The notes beneath the pieces were generated by a model that saw only the letters and a list, made by a program, of their open reading frames with translations, ran no database searches and had not been told where the DNA came from. Shown piece by piece: positions 1-10,281 of a DNA stretch of 42,144 bases (within the stretch, counting starts at the first letter, position 1; every line of letters starts with the position of its first letter). Source of the stretch: Candidatus Fermentibacterota bacterium (GTDB taxonomy: Bacteria; Fermentibacterota; Fermentibacteria; Fermentibacterales; JCC-6); contig CAWJQI010000002.1 in assembly GCA_963845085.1 (NCBI GenBank), positions 1-42,144 of the forward strand. The letters are read 5' to 3'. Both the position numbers and the translations under genes were made by a program.

Positions 1-429
1 CTGCCCAAAAGTGAGCACGTAGATGTTGCAGCTGTTGCCGACGAGGTTGCAGCCTCTGAGACATGGGGCAGGGAGGGAATCGAGATTTCGCTGACCGGTG
101 AGGCATCGGTTACCACTGACAGGGAGATGGTCGTAAGGGTGCTTTCCAACCTTTTATCGAACGCAGTCAGACACGCTTCGACAAGGGTGGAGGTTGAGAT
201 CGCGGGAAGCGCCACTGCCGTTAAGATACAGGTGAGCGATGACGGACCGGGTTTTCCGCCGGGCATCCTTTCCGCAGGCTTCATCCCGTTCATGAAGGGA
301 GGGAACAGCCAGGGTGTCGGCCTTGGAATGTCGATCGCAAAGCGTGCCGCATCGATCATCGGCGGAGAGATCCTTGCGGAGAACACCGCTCAAGGCGGAG
401 CAAGGGTGACTCTGGTAATCCCCGTATAA
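1..429 (+). CDS. Sensor histidine kinase, C-terminal HATPase_c domain (5'-truncated by window edge)
   Basis: Frame is open from base 1; N-box (NLLSNAVRH), G1 (DDGPGF), F-box (FIPF) and G2 (GVGLGMSI) motifs. Confidence 0.9.
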   Translation: MPKSEHVDVAAVADEVAASETWGREGIEISLTGEASVTTDREMVVRVLSNLLSNAVRHASTRVEVEIAGSATAVKIQVSDDGPGFPPGILSAGFIPFMKGGNSQGVGLGMSIAKRAASIIGGEILAENTAQGGARVTLVIPV

Positions 430-434
430 GAGAA

Positions 435-456
435 GGGGGCGGGTTTCCCCGCCCCC
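435..456. terminator. GC-rich hairpin between convergent genes (probable bidirectional terminator)
   Basis: GGGGGCGGG-TTTC-CCCGCCCCC, perfect 9-bp stem between stop codons at 429 and 466; U-tract is weak. Confidence 0.55.
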
Positions 457-465
457 GGCCATTCC

Positions 466-3290
466 CTACAGCTTGTGCTTGATCTTAACGTTCCAGTCGA
501 TAAGGATCGGGCTGGCAACGAAGATCGAGGAATAGGTTCCGACCAGCACACCGATCATGAGGGTGAAGGCGAAATCCCTGAGTGTGCCCGGCGCGAATAT
601 GAAGAGCATGAGGACCGCGGCGAAGGTTGTTGCCGATGTGATGATGGTCCGGCTGAAAGTCTCGTTTATGCCCTTGTTGACAACCTCTTCGAATGTGCGG
701 CCCTTCCGGAGCCGCGCATCCTCCCTTATGCGGTCGAATACGACGATCGTATCGTTGATGGAGTAGCCCACGATCGTGAGGAGCGCTGCGACTATGGTCA
801 GTGAGACCTCGATCCGGAAGATGGCCAGCAGTCCCACCGTAATAAGGATGTCATGAAACAGCGCAGCCACTGCGGCAACGCCCCACTTGAACTGGAACCG
901 GTACCAGATGTAAAGGATGATGAAGAACATGGCGATGAATATGGCATTGACCGCCTGCGACCTCAGCTCGGTCCCCACCCTGGGGCCGATCTGTTTGATG
1001 AAGGCAGCGCCTTCCTCATCGGTGCTCTCGTCCATCAACCGGCAGTCCACCTGTCCAAGGACCTCGTAGACGCTGTCCTTGTCACTGCTGGAGGTCATGA
1101 TAACGAATGCGTTGCCTTCGCCGGTCCAGTCGGAAAGAGCCTGCACCTGAACGCCCTGGAGGCCGTTCTCGGTAAGACTTTGAGCGAGGTCTTCACTGGA
1201 ATCGAAGGCGGTGGTGATAACGTTCGTTTCCAAACCGCCGGTGAGTTGATGGACAGGTTCAGGCCACCCCCTGCGAAGTAACCGATCACACCGATTAGAA
1301 TGGCCACAGCGGAGCCGATGTAGAACTTTTTCCTGTGTTTCGCTCCCCTCGTAGTGGGCATCACGGATCAGCGCAAGGCTTCCCATACCGATGCTCGTCC
1401 GCTCGGCGCGTCTGAGTAGGATGGCGAAGTATATTGAGAACACCAGGGCACAGAACATGGAAGCCAGGATGCCTATGGAAAGCGTGACGGCGAAGCCTCT
1501 GATTGGACCCGTACCAAAGCGGTACAGAACCATGGCTGTAATGAGGGTGGTGAGGTTGGCGTCGAGGATTGTGACGAACGCCCTGCTGTAACCTGCATCG
1601 ACAACGGTTCTGATCCCCTTGCCGGCCCTTCTCTCCTCACGCATCCGCTCGTAGATGAGCACGCTTGCGTCAACCGCCATGCCGATGGTGAGGATGATGC
1701 CCGCGATGCCTGGCAATGTAAGGGTGGAGTTCATACCGCTCAACCCAAGCTGGGCCAGGGGACCCGGGAAGCACAAAAAGCCGAAAATGATCAGGATGTC
1801 GAACACAAGCGCAAGGATGGCGATGAATCCGCTGAGCCCGTAGTAGATGATCATGAATACCGTGATCACAAGAAGCGCAATCATGCCTGCGAGAAGGCCG
1901 TTTGCGATGGATCTGCGACCAAGGCTCGGGCCTATCATCTGCTCCTCGGCGATTACGAGCCGCGCGGGAAGCGATCCGGCCTTGAGGACAAGCCTGAGAT
2001 CACGCGCCTCGTCAACGGTGAAGCCGCCGGACAGACGCGTTCCACTGCCGGAGATCCTCTCCCTTATCGTGGCCACGGAATAGACGCTTCCATCAAGTAT
2101 TATGGAAACGCGCTGCTCGACGTTCTCCCGCCAGTTATACGCTCCCAGTTCTCGGCTCCCTCGTCGTCGAACTCGAGTATGAGGCCAGGTTCGTTGGTGA
2201 GGGACTGGTCGTTGCCCATCTGGATCCGGACGTCGCTCAGGTTTGCTCCCGTAAGGCGGTAGTAGGACCTGTCTATGTCGGCCTGCCTGTCCCAGCCCCG
2301 CGTGGCATCGGTCGGAACGAGGAACACACCGACGCACATACCGATCTCCGGAACTTCCTCGGGGCGGGTGTAGGCGAAGGAAAGGTTGTCACGCTCAAGG
2401 ATGGCTTTGGCTTCGGGAGAGTTCACGATGTCCTGGAACTCGTCGAAGTTCTCTCCCACAACGAGCACCCAGTCACCCGGTGAGATTCGAAGCGGCCTGA
2501 ACCGGTCGTCGGCGATGGTGATCAGCGAGCCGAGCCTGCCCGAAGCCTCGAGAAGAAGGGGTTCGGTGGTGTCTTCCGTGACCGGCTCGGGAAGGGTCGC
2601 TTCCTGGGGAAGCGAAAACCCCGTGCTGTCAGCGACCGATACGCTGTCGGGAGACGCCGTGGTGTCAACGACCGCAACTGTCTCTTCAACGGGCTGCGGA
2701 GCAACCCCCTCGAGAGCATCCTCTATGTCCCTGATGGTCTGAATTGATGACGGAGATGTCTGGTTGTTCGTCTGGTTCGGGTATGCGACCATCTTGAATT
2801 CAAGAAGTGCCTGCCGCTCAACGATTGCACGGGCCCTCGCCGGATCCCTCACGCCGGGAAGCTGAACCACGATGCGGTCATCCCCCTGACGGGTGATCGA
2901 AGGTTCGGAAACACCGAATTCGTCGATTCGGTTTCTGATCACTTCGAGTGCCTGATCAAGGGCTTCTTCAGGGTTGAGGCCGGGAGTCGGCTCCACCGTG
3001 TAGGCAAGGTACATGCCCCCCTGCAGATCGAGCCCGAGCTTGATGGTGCCCTGGCTGAGGTCGTAGATGTCACGGTAGTGCTGTACTTCGCTTTCACCGC
3101 CATCGGCGAGCATCTGGTCGATCAGTGAGCGGAAGTATGGGTTGGTGGTTTCTGTCTGGACGCTCGCTTCAGCCTTGTCCCTCTCGAGTGACGGGATCGA
3201 ATACCACCGAATGGTGGGCCAGATCATGATAACCGCCACCGCGAAGAGTGCCACGGAACTCCAGATGCGCCATTTGTCGGCTCGCTTCAT
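466..3290 (-). CDS. secDF: Fused protein translocase subunit SecDF, split by apparent indels (~2129, ~1345, ~1243)
   Basis: LGLDLQGG, RIDEFGVSEP, VQLPG in ORF 2100..3290; GMAVDASVLIYER, YSINDTIVVFDRIRE, GTYSSIFVA in ORF 466..2337. The missing SecF TM1 (KHRKKFYIGSAVAILIG...) lies in ORF 1095..1364. Confidence 0.92.
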
Positions 3291-3382
3291 ACATCATCCC
3301 TTTCAGAGGAGAATTGCTTTATGGAACAATGAAAATGAACACACCACAAACGACACTCACCGCCGGGGTGACTGCCGGTCGA

Positions 3383-3388
3383 ATTATA
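3383..3388 (-). promoter_or_regulatory. Probable sigma70 -10 element for secDF
   Basis: Perfect TATAAT on the minus strand in an AT-rich gap about 90 nt upstream of the secDF start; no good -35. Confidence 0.45.
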
Positions 3389-3431
3389 AATCATTGAAAG
3401 ATACGCAAAGGCAGTGTCTTTGACCACCTGC

Positions 3432-3875
3432 CTACAATGGTGCCTTCAACTCCATCCGAATTGGGCTCCCGTCGGGCAGGGTGGCGATGAAAGTCAGCCC
3501 TCCTTCGGCTCTCTGTCTTGTTTCGATAAGTGTGATGCTGCAGTCGCGGAGAAGCCTTGTCATCCTCAGATTGGCCTGTGTGACTGTGTACGCGGCAATG
3601 TCGAGGTCCATTGTGAGTATGGTCGTGTCGCCTGAGAACGACTGTCTTGGAAGGTTGCCGTAAATAAGCGCCGAGCAGCCCTGTGCAAGCCGGTCGACCG
3701 GGTCCGAAGGGTTTTCCACCAGGCTCGTCTCCCCTTCGGTTCCGCCGCTTATCATCCCAGCGTTCAGTCCCGGCATGAAAGCAGTCACAGCAATGCCGCC
3801 GGCGCAGATCAGCAACAGCATTATGACAAGAACCTCGCCGGGTTTCATTGAGGGCCTTTCCACTTGTTGCACCAT
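3432..3875 (-). CDS. Hypothetical protein with N-terminal membrane anchor
   Basis: AGGAG SD 6 nt before ATG at 3875; hydrophobic segment VLVIMLLLICAGGIAVTAFM. The longer ORF start at 4283 overlaps the divergent gene. Confidence 0.65.
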   Translation of the reverse strand: MVQQVERPSMKPGEVLVIMLLLICAGGIAVTAFMPGLNAGMISGGTEGETSLVENPSDPVDRLAQGCSALIYGNLPRQSFSGDTTILTMDLDIAAYTVTQANLRMTRLLRDCSITLIETRQRAEGGLTFIATLPDGSPIRMELKAPL

Positions 3876-3936
3876 TTGCATCTCCTGGCCTATCTTTCCG
3901 TCTGCGGAGGAAACTGTCAACCCTGCGGGAGGATGG

Positions 3937-4674
3937 ATGAAAACAGCCTGGTGCGCACCTGTACTTGCCGCGGTATGTGCGGCGACCCCGGGGAACCTTG
4001 GTCCCGGAGCCTTGTCCGGGGTGCCTGGCCTCGGGTTGTCAGATGTTCTCCAGACAGGGCATCTCCGCTTCAGGACCGGGTTTGAATATACCGATATGCA
4101 GGACGACGGAAGCAGCCGGGCTGTTCCGGCAGCCGTCTGTTTCGGGATATCGGAGGGATTCGAAATCGGAGCCTCCCTTCCGCTGCGCCTTTCCGATCCC
4201 GGCCATGACGGGTTGAGCACCGGTGATCTCACACTGTCGGGTGCCATGCTGTATGAAACCGCCAGGGGCGGAACCGCGATCAAGTTTACCGGGTCGGTGT
4301 TTCTCCCATCGGGGGAGGAGCCCCGCGATCAGGGAGCCGGGCTGGGTGCGGGTGCCGTCACCAGTACCACATTCCGGCTGTTCCGTTTTTCTGCGTCGGG
4401 AGCGTACAGGGTGATGGGAGGTCAGGACCCGGCACATGCCCGATGGAATGATTCCGTGGCATTTTCCTTTGGAGGCATGAGTTTTCTGGGTGAAAGGGCA
4501 GCCGTGTTCGCATCCTTGTCGGGCGATACCGAAGGTGCTTTGCAGCTGCAGGCCGGAGCTTCCCTTGAACCGTGGAGGGAACTGGTGATCGATGGTTCGA
4601 TTGTCACCGACATGGCCTCGCACGGGAATCACGGCATCCTGCTCGGGGCATCCTGGACTGTCGTTGAGATCTGA
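3937..4674 (+). CDS. Secreted, probable outer-membrane beta-barrel hypothetical protein
   Basis: GGAGG SD before ATG 3937; signal-peptide-like N-terminus; alternating amphipathic strands (FEIGASLP, GDLTLSG, LPSG), aromatic residue near the C-terminus. Confidence 0.55.
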   Translation: MKTAWCAPVLAAVCAATPGNLGPGALSGVPGLGLSDVLQTGHLRFRTGFEYTDMQDDGSSRAVPAAVCFGISEGFEIGASLPLRLSDPGHDGLSTGDLTLSGAMLYETARGGTAIKFTGSVFLPSGEEPRDQGAGLGAGAVTSTTFRLFRFSASGAYRVMGGQDPAHARWNDSVAFSFGGMSFLGERAAVFASLSGDTEGALQLQAGASLEPWRELVIDGSIVTDMASHGNHGILLGASWTVVEI

Positions 4675-4677
4675 TCC

Positions 4678-5808
4678 TCAGGTGTACGGGGAAATCGCCC
4701 TGAGTTTCATGACTATTCCGGCAAGAGCGTTCAGTGCGAAATCGATTTCCTCCCCGGTCGTGAACCTGCTCAGGCTGAAGCGCACCGCGCTGTTCGCAAG
4801 GTTGTGGTCCAGCCCCATCGCCATCAGCACGTGGCTGGGATCCTTGCTTCCCGTGCTGCATGCCGAACCTGAGGATGCATAGATTCCCTGAAGGTCGAGA
4901 AGAGTTAGAACAGCCTCGCTCTCGATACCCCGGAAGATGACCGTGGAAGTATTGGGAAGCCTTGGAGATTCCTCCGCCATGATCAAAGCGCCGGGGCAGC
5001 CGGCCTTCACGCCTGACTCAAACCGCTGGAGCAGTTCCGCCACCACGCCTTCCTCCTGCAGATGCGCGAGCGCAAGTTCGGCGGCCTTGCCCAAACCAAT
5101 GATTCCCGGTGCGTTGTAGGTTCCGGCTCGCATCCCCTTTTCCTGATGACCGCCTGTCAGCAGGGGGGGAAGCGGGATGCCCCTTCTCATGTAGAGTGCA
5201 CCCACTCCCTTGGGACCGTGAAACTTGTGGGCAGAGAGGCTGAGCATGTCGACTCCGAGTTCGGTAACGCTGACAGGGATCTTGCCCACAGCCTGAACTG
5301 CGTCGGTATGAAACGGCACACCGGCTGCGTGTGCAGCAGAAGCAGCTTCCTTCACCGGCATCAGTGTTCCGGTCTCGTTGTTTGCGAACATCACGCTTGC
5401 CACTGAAGCGCCTTCAACTGATGCTCTGAAGGTTTTCATGTCAAGCTTTCCGGATGTGTCGACCCCAACGATTCTTGCCGGTCCGCCAAGCTGCATGGCT
5501 GTTTCAAGGACAGCGGGGTGTTCGACCGCAGTTGTCACCACCGGCCCGCCCCTGAGGGCAACACAGCCGCGAAGAGCCATGTTGTCACTTTCCGTGCCGC
5601 CCGACGTGAAAATGATCTCGTCGGGGTTCGCACCGATCAGTGCTGCTACCCGCTCCCTCGCCCACGCTATCCTCTCCATGACCGAGCTGCCGAAAGTGTG
5701 AAAACTCGAAGGATTTCCAAACTCGTTCCCAAGGAACGGCATCATCTCCGCAAGCACTTCTGCATCAACCGAAGTGGTGGCGTTGTTGTCGAGATAAACC
5801 CGTCTCAT
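4678..5808 (-). CDS. nifS: Cysteine desulfurase (NifS/IscS, group I)
   Basis: YLDNNATT, FTSGGTESDN, EHPAV, SAHKFHGPKG (PLP Lys), SSGSACS (catalytic Cys). Confidence 0.96.
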   Translation of the reverse strand: MRRVYLDNNATTSVDAEVLAEMMPFLGNEFGNPSSFHTFGSSVMERIAWARERVAALIGANPDEIIFTSGGTESDNMALRGCVALRGGPVVTTAVEHPAVLETAMQLGGPARIVGVDTSGKLDMKTFRASVEGASVASVMFANNETGTLMPVKEAASAAHAAGVPFHTDAVQAVGKIPVSVTELGVDMLSLSAHKFHGPKGVGALYMRRGIPLPPLLTGGHQEKGMRAGTYNAPGIIGLGKAAELALAHLQEEGVVAELLQRFESGVKAGCPGALIMAEESPRLPNTSTVIFRGIESEAVLTLLDLQGIYASSGSACSTGSKDPSHVLMAMGLDHNLANSAVRFSLSRFTTGEEIDFALNALAGIVMKLRAISPYT

Positions 5809-6353
5809 TTCGGAGACCGCTTTACCAGAACGCCGTGGCCGAGTTTTTTCTCGAGGAGCAGCTGCAGTTTTGCGGCATCATCCTCCCCGCCCATGACCAT
5901 CACCCAGCGGGGGTGGACCTTCACAACCTCAAGCCCCTTGAGGCCGGGAAGGAGGTCATCAACGGCCGCCCTGACCTGTTCCCGTTTGTCCCTGAAATCC
6001 TTTACAGCCGCCTTCAGTGCCTGCTGGCCCATCACTGAACAGTGATACTTCTCTGGAGGCATCCCGCCCAGGAAATCCGCGATCTGGCTGTTCTTGACCT
6101 TCAGGGCCTCATCGATCGGAAGCCCCTTGACCATCTCAGTAAGCGCCGATGCGCTGGCGATCGCTCCGGCACAGCCGAAGGTTCGGAAGCGGATCTCGCT
6201 TATGCGGTCATCCTGGTCTATCTCTATGTCCAGGTTCATCGCATCGCCGCACTGCGGGGAACCAACCTCGGAGTGGCCGTCGGGGTTGTCAATCGTGCCA
6301 ACGTTCCTCGGGTTCATGAAATGGTCCATCAGAATCTCTGTGTACTTCCACAC
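5805..6353 (-). CDS. nifU: NifU/IscU-type Fe-S scaffold with C-terminal extension
   Basis: DHFMNPRNVG, CGD, FGCAGAIAS, KYHCS (three Cys ligands); 4-nt overlap with nifS. Confidence 0.9.
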   Translation of the reverse strand: MWKYTEILMDHFMNPRNVGTIDNPDGHSEVGSPQCGDAMNLDIEIDQDDRISEIRFRTFGCAGAIASASALTEMVKGLPIDEALKVKNSQIADFLGGMPPEKYHCSVMGQQALKAAVKDFRDKREQVRAAVDDLLPGLKGLEVVKVHPRWVMVMGGEDDAAKLQLLLEKKLGHGVLVKRSPK

Positions 6354-6356
6354 GGA

Positions 6357-6803
6357 TCATTCCTCCAGCTTCTCGAGCCGACCGTAAAGCAGATCGGCTA
6401 TGGTGTTCCTTTTCAGGTAATCCACGGTGAGCGCCCTGAGATTGGCCCAGAGCTGCCTGGTCCTGCATGTGCCGGTCATGTCGCAGTCCTTGTTTTCACA
6501 CTGCTCTTCCTCGAAACCTGGCAGCACGCAGTTCGTGGGAAGAAAGTCATTTTCAAGAAGGCTTACCACGGACAGGATTGAAATGGAATCAGAAGGCATG
6601 CCAAGGGAGTACCCTCCGCCAGGCCCCCTGAGTCCCTTGACTATGCCGCTGTCCCGGAGCTTGATGAAGATCTGCTCAAGATACCTGATGGGTATGTTCT
6701 CCTCTTCAGCGATCTTCGCGAGGGATACGGGGGTCTCACCCTCAAGGGATGCGAGGCGTACCAGCGCCCTGAGGCCGTATCTGCTTCTTGTTGAGATCAG
6801 CAA
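6357..6803 (-). CDS. Rrf2-family transcriptional regulator (IscR/CymR-like)
   Basis: STRSRYGLRAL, YLEQIF, RGPGGGYSL; Cys-rich C-terminal half (four Cys); directly upstream of nifU-nifS. Confidence 0.92.
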   Translation of the reverse strand: MLISTRSRYGLRALVRLASLEGETPVSLAKIAEEENIPIRYLEQIFIKLRDSGIVKGLRGPGGGYSLGMPSDSISILSVVSLLENDFLPTNCVLPGFEEEQCENKDCDMTGTCRTRQLWANLRALTVDYLKRNTIADLLYGRLEKLEE

Positions 6804-6855
6804 TGCGCACCTCTTCCGAAAAACATGATCTCATCACAGCGGGAATCCCGGTCCG

Positions 6856-7365
6856 TCACTTTGCACCAAGCTTCCGGATCGCAAGCAGGACGGCTGCGAT
6901 AACGGCTCCCACGGCCATGATGACAAGCATCAGCTTGAAGGCCATTGGCAGTGTCTGGTATCGAACGCCGTCTCCGCGAAAAATCAACTCCGCGTCGAGG
7001 GCAACCTGAACGGGATGATAGTTTCCCCGGTTGCTGACAAGAAGAACATGGTCACCAAAGCCGGGTACACCGATCTCAAAATCACCCGTGGAAGCGGAAA
7101 GAAATCCGAGAGTGTCGGCTTCCCCCCCCGAGCTCCACCGCCTGAATCCGTCGGATGTTAGAAGGATGTACTCAACGCTTGCCGTATCGGGAGTCACGGT
7201 GATGGTGCCCGATATTCTGGCGTCGACCCCCTGCGCTTCCTGAACACGAAAGCTGATGTACCGGTACTGCCCGACTGAAATCCCAAGCGTGTCGTCAAGA
7301 AGTGGCACGCTCCCGGCGACAAGCATGGATGAGGCCAGACAGAGAGCTGCAAGTGCTTTGATCAT
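6856..7365 (-). CDS. Hypothetical exported protein with C-terminal TM anchor
   Basis: Signal peptide MIKALAALCLASSMLVAG, beta-rich middle, C-terminal hydrophobic helix followed by RK. Confidence 0.7.
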   Translation of the reverse strand: MIKALAALCLASSMLVAGSVPLLDDTLGISVGQYRYISFRVQEAQGVDARISGTITVTPDTASVEYILLTSDGFRRWSSGGEADTLGFLSASTGDFEIGVPGFGDHVLLVSNRGNYHPVQVALDAELIFRGDGVRYQTLPMAFKLMLVIMAVGAVIAAVLLAIRKLGAK

Positions 7366-7409
7366 GTGTGATTATACCTCAACTTCCAGACTTCTCACAA
7401 TCCGCGCGG

Positions 7410-8195
7410 TCATCTCCCCCGCCTGCACACCGCTTTTCCAGGTTTCGAGTGTGAAAATTCCTCCCCCGGTGACCGGCCCGGTTCGGGTTCCCCGAGTTTC
7501 AATAGCAGGAACACCCCGGTCAGTACCATCAGGGCTGCCAGCAGAAGCGAACCCCAGAGAAACACTGCGGTAACCCTGGAAGGGCTGAACGATCCTGAGA
7601 GTCTGCTCAAGGACTGGTCCGCCCTGCCGAGCGATGTTTCAAGCTCCGCGACGTCTTCGTCCATGGCGGTGACATCGGCTGTCAGGGAGTCGAGCGATTC
7701 ACCCACCGATACGACCCTGTCGGAGAGCACAACGATCTCCTCCTGAAGGTCTTCAGTTGTGTCGTGAAGTGTGTTCAGCTTATCTGAGGTTTCCCTGAGC
7801 CGGTTCCCCGGCAGCAGGGATCCCGCAACGCCAGCCATGCTTCTCAGATCGGCGGAAAGGGGCGGCATGATCTCCCTGATCCGCTCAAGCGTCGAACCGG
7901 TCTGTCTGAGAAGGTTCACCATTTCGTCAAGGGCGGATCCGGTTTCGTTCAGGGAGTTTGTCACCCCGCCTATAAGGCCGGAGGAGGTTTCCACTCCGGA
8001 TTTGACCCGTTGCGCAAGTCTCTCCGCACTTTTAAGGCTTTCATCGGTGTACCGCATTGTCCGGTGAAATGGTCCGATCACTGCTATTGAAAGAACGGCG
8101 ATGGTCAAACCCATGGCGATGAAAAGAACGCCCAGCCCGCGCCCCAGGCTCAACGCAAACCTTTTTCTCAGCGGTGGGGACTCTCTGGTGCTCAT
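7410..8195 (-). CDS. Hypothetical membrane protein with long coiled-coil between two TM helices
   Basis: TM segments near both ends; heptad-like helical middle. Confidence 0.7.
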   Translation of the reverse strand: MSTRESPPLRKRFALSLGRGLGVLFIAMGLTIAVLSIAVIGPFHRTMRYTDESLKSAERLAQRVKSGVETSSGLIGGVTNSLNETGSALDEMVNLLRQTGSTLERIREIMPPLSADLRSMAGVAGSLLPGNRLRETSDKLNTLHDTTEDLQEEIVVLSDRVVSVGESLDSLTADVTAMDEDVAELETSLGRADQSLSRLSGSFSPSRVTAVFLWGSLLLAALMVLTGVFLLLKLGEPEPGRSPGEEFSHSKPGKAVCRRGR

Positions 8196-8347
8196 GAAAC
8201 AATCTATAGTCACAGAGCATTCGGCGTGCAATTCAAAGGTATCTCCGGCTTCACCTGGGCTGCTCTTTCCTTTTCCACACCCGGAGGCTATTTTTTACAC
8301 CCCATGGAGCTCAATTCGATCAGGACGATCATTCGGAACGGCGAGGC

Positions 8348-9289
8348 ATGGTTCGACCCGAAATAGATACCGCATACAGCATTGGTGTTTTGATGGTCAA
8401 CTACCGGCAATGGGAGCTCACCCACGATTGCGTCCGGTCCCTGCTGGCTTCCCGGGGTGCCAAGACCGTGATTGCACTTGTCGATAACAACTCACCGGGT
8501 CCGGTACCAGCATGGGTGGCCGAAACACCTGAAGTCATTTTTCACAGAAACAATTGGAATGCTGGATTGACCGCCGCTAACAACCAGGCCTACGAAATGC
8601 TTCAATCCAGCGGGGCTGAGTATGTGCTGATCCTGAATAACGACACCGAAGTGGAGGCTGATGCTTTAGCCATGCTTGCAGCCTTTCTTGAAACGAACCA
8701 GGGTGCCGGGATTGCAGCTCCCGCTATCACGTATGCGTCCCGTCATGACGTTGTTTGGAGCGCCGGTGGGCGGTACTGCCGCTGGCGGATGAAACAGAGG
8801 CAGTTCTACAGGTATGTTTCAGACCTTCCGCAAGAACCGGTCGAGATGTTTCAGGTCACAGGATGTGCCATGATGATGAGGTGGGAGGATTATGCCCTGG
8901 CCGGAATGCAGGACCCGGACCTTTTCGTTTACTACGAAGACAATGACCTTTGTTTTCGGATCACGCGGCTGGGCCGGACAATCCATCTCGTGCCAAAAGC
9001 CCTCGTTCGTCATCATGTTTCCATCAGCGTCGGAGGCGTCCTGTCCCCGTTTGCGATCTACTTCACGCACAGAAACCGCTATGTGGTGGCGCGGAAATAT
9101 CTTAAACCCTTGGAGTTCATGGCGTTCTCACTGTACTATCTGGGGGTTTCTGTTGCGAAAAGCGCTGTCTTTCCCCTTCAGCGCAGGGGGTATCTTGTGT
9201 ACTGGATGTGGCTTGGCCTTTTGCATGGAATAAGGAACCGTCCCGATCTTCGCCCGAAGGGGCTGTTCCGGAATGAGGAGTCTGCGTGA
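8348..9289 (+). CDS. Glycosyltransferase family 2
   Basis: VDNNS, LNNDT, TGCAMM, YYEDNDLC, RNR motifs. Confidence 0.92.
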   Translation: MVRPEIDTAYSIGVLMVNYRQWELTHDCVRSLLASRGAKTVIALVDNNSPGPVPAWVAETPEVIFHRNNWNAGLTAANNQAYEMLQSSGAEYVLILNNDTEVEADALAMLAAFLETNQGAGIAAPAITYASRHDVVWSAGGRYCRWRMKQRQFYRYVSDLPQEPVEMFQVTGCAMMMRWEDYALAGMQDPDLFVYYEDNDLCFRITRLGRTIHLVPKALVRHHVSISVGGVLSPFAIYFTHRNRYVVARKYLKPLEFMAFSLYYLGVSVAKSAVFPLQRRGYLVYWMWLGLLHGIRNRPDLRPKGLFRNEESA

Positions 9290-10281
9290 AGGTATCGATA
9301 ATTGTGCCGAACTACAACGGGCTGTTGATACTCAGACAGTGCCTGGAGTCACTTCTTTCACTTGACCGTGTGCCCGACCAGCTGATCGTTGTGGACAACG
9401 GTTCCACGGATGGCTCGCAGAGTGCCGTTTCAAAGGAGTATCCCAGCGTCGAGCTTGTTTCTCTGGGAATGAACACAGGTTTTGTCGGAGCCAACAATGC
9501 CGGCTTGAAGGCTGCAAATGGGGACTTTCTGGTTCTGCTGAACAACGACTGTGTTGTGGAAAAGAGCTGGCTTGCGAAGTTGATGGAGCGAATGGAAGAC
9601 CCCTCGATCGCTGCTGTCACAAGCTCCATGCGAAACATCAGCAATATCGACATCATGGATTCCGCAGGCGGCGAGATAGACTGGATGGGCTTCTCGCGTG
9701 ATATTGGCAAGGGTGAGCCCGCTGAACGCTATGCCGACTCACTTGACCTGCCCTTCCCGTGCGGTGGTGCGGTAATGATCAGACGAAGCGCCCTGCCTGA
9801 CCCGTCAAGGCTGTTTTGGAAGGACCTCTTCATTTATCAGGAGGACCTTGATCTCGGTTTTGAACTTCTGAGGACCGGATGGCGAGTGGTCTACGAACCT
9901 TCAGCAGTTGTCAGGCACATGCACTCAGCCACAATGGGCAGGGGCAGCTACAAGAAGGAATACCTTTGCATGAGGAACCGCTTTCTGGTGCTACGAAAAC
10001 ACTTCGACAAGGATGTCTTTCAGCGGCTTGAACCCCTTTTGAAAAAATGGCAGCTGCTCTGGATGGCATCCACCCTTGCGAAAGGACGCTCAATACTTGC
10101 AAAGGCTATACTGAAAGGAACTTCCGATGGGCTGAAAATGCCGGTGGAACACTTTCATGCTCCTGTACCGCTGTCAGAGGTATTTGCCCGACATGCAAGA
10201 AACCGGCAAGCAGTTCCTGCCATAAAGAGGGTGATGTATGAAAGTGCTGAACGCATCATCACGCAGGGAGTCAGGGGCTGA
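9286..10281 (+). CDS. Glycosyltransferase family 2
   Basis: VSIIVPNYNG, VVDNGSTDGS, NTGF, LLNND, EDLDL; 4-nt overlap with the upstream GT2. Confidence 0.93.
   Translation: MKVSIIVPNYNGLLILRQCLESLLSLDRVPDQLIVVDNGSTDGSQSAVSKEYPSVELVSLGMNTGFVGANNAGLKAANGDFLVLLNNDCVVEKSWLAKLMERMEDPSIAAVTSSMRNISNIDIMDSAGGEIDWMGFSRDIGKGEPAERYADSLDLPFPCGGAVMIRRSALPDPSRLFWKDLFIYQEDLDLGFELLRTGWRVVYEPSAVVRHMHSATMGRGSYKKEYLCMRNRFLVLRKHFDKDVFQRLEPLLKKWQLLWMASTLAKGRSILAKAILKGTSDGLKMPVEHFHAPVPLSEVFARHARNRQAVPAIKRVMYESAERIITQGVRG

Noticed and set aside
3319..3360. Short hydrophobic uORF (MSVVCGVFIFIVP) upstream of secDF as an arrest peptide
   Set aside because: Only 13 codons, no SD and no recognisable arrest motif.
3432..3875. 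Membrane-anchored gene upstream of secDF as an ApdA/ApdP-like monitoring substrate
   Set aside because: It ends in KAPL rather than a RAPP-like motif, and a perfect TATAAT lies between it and secDF.
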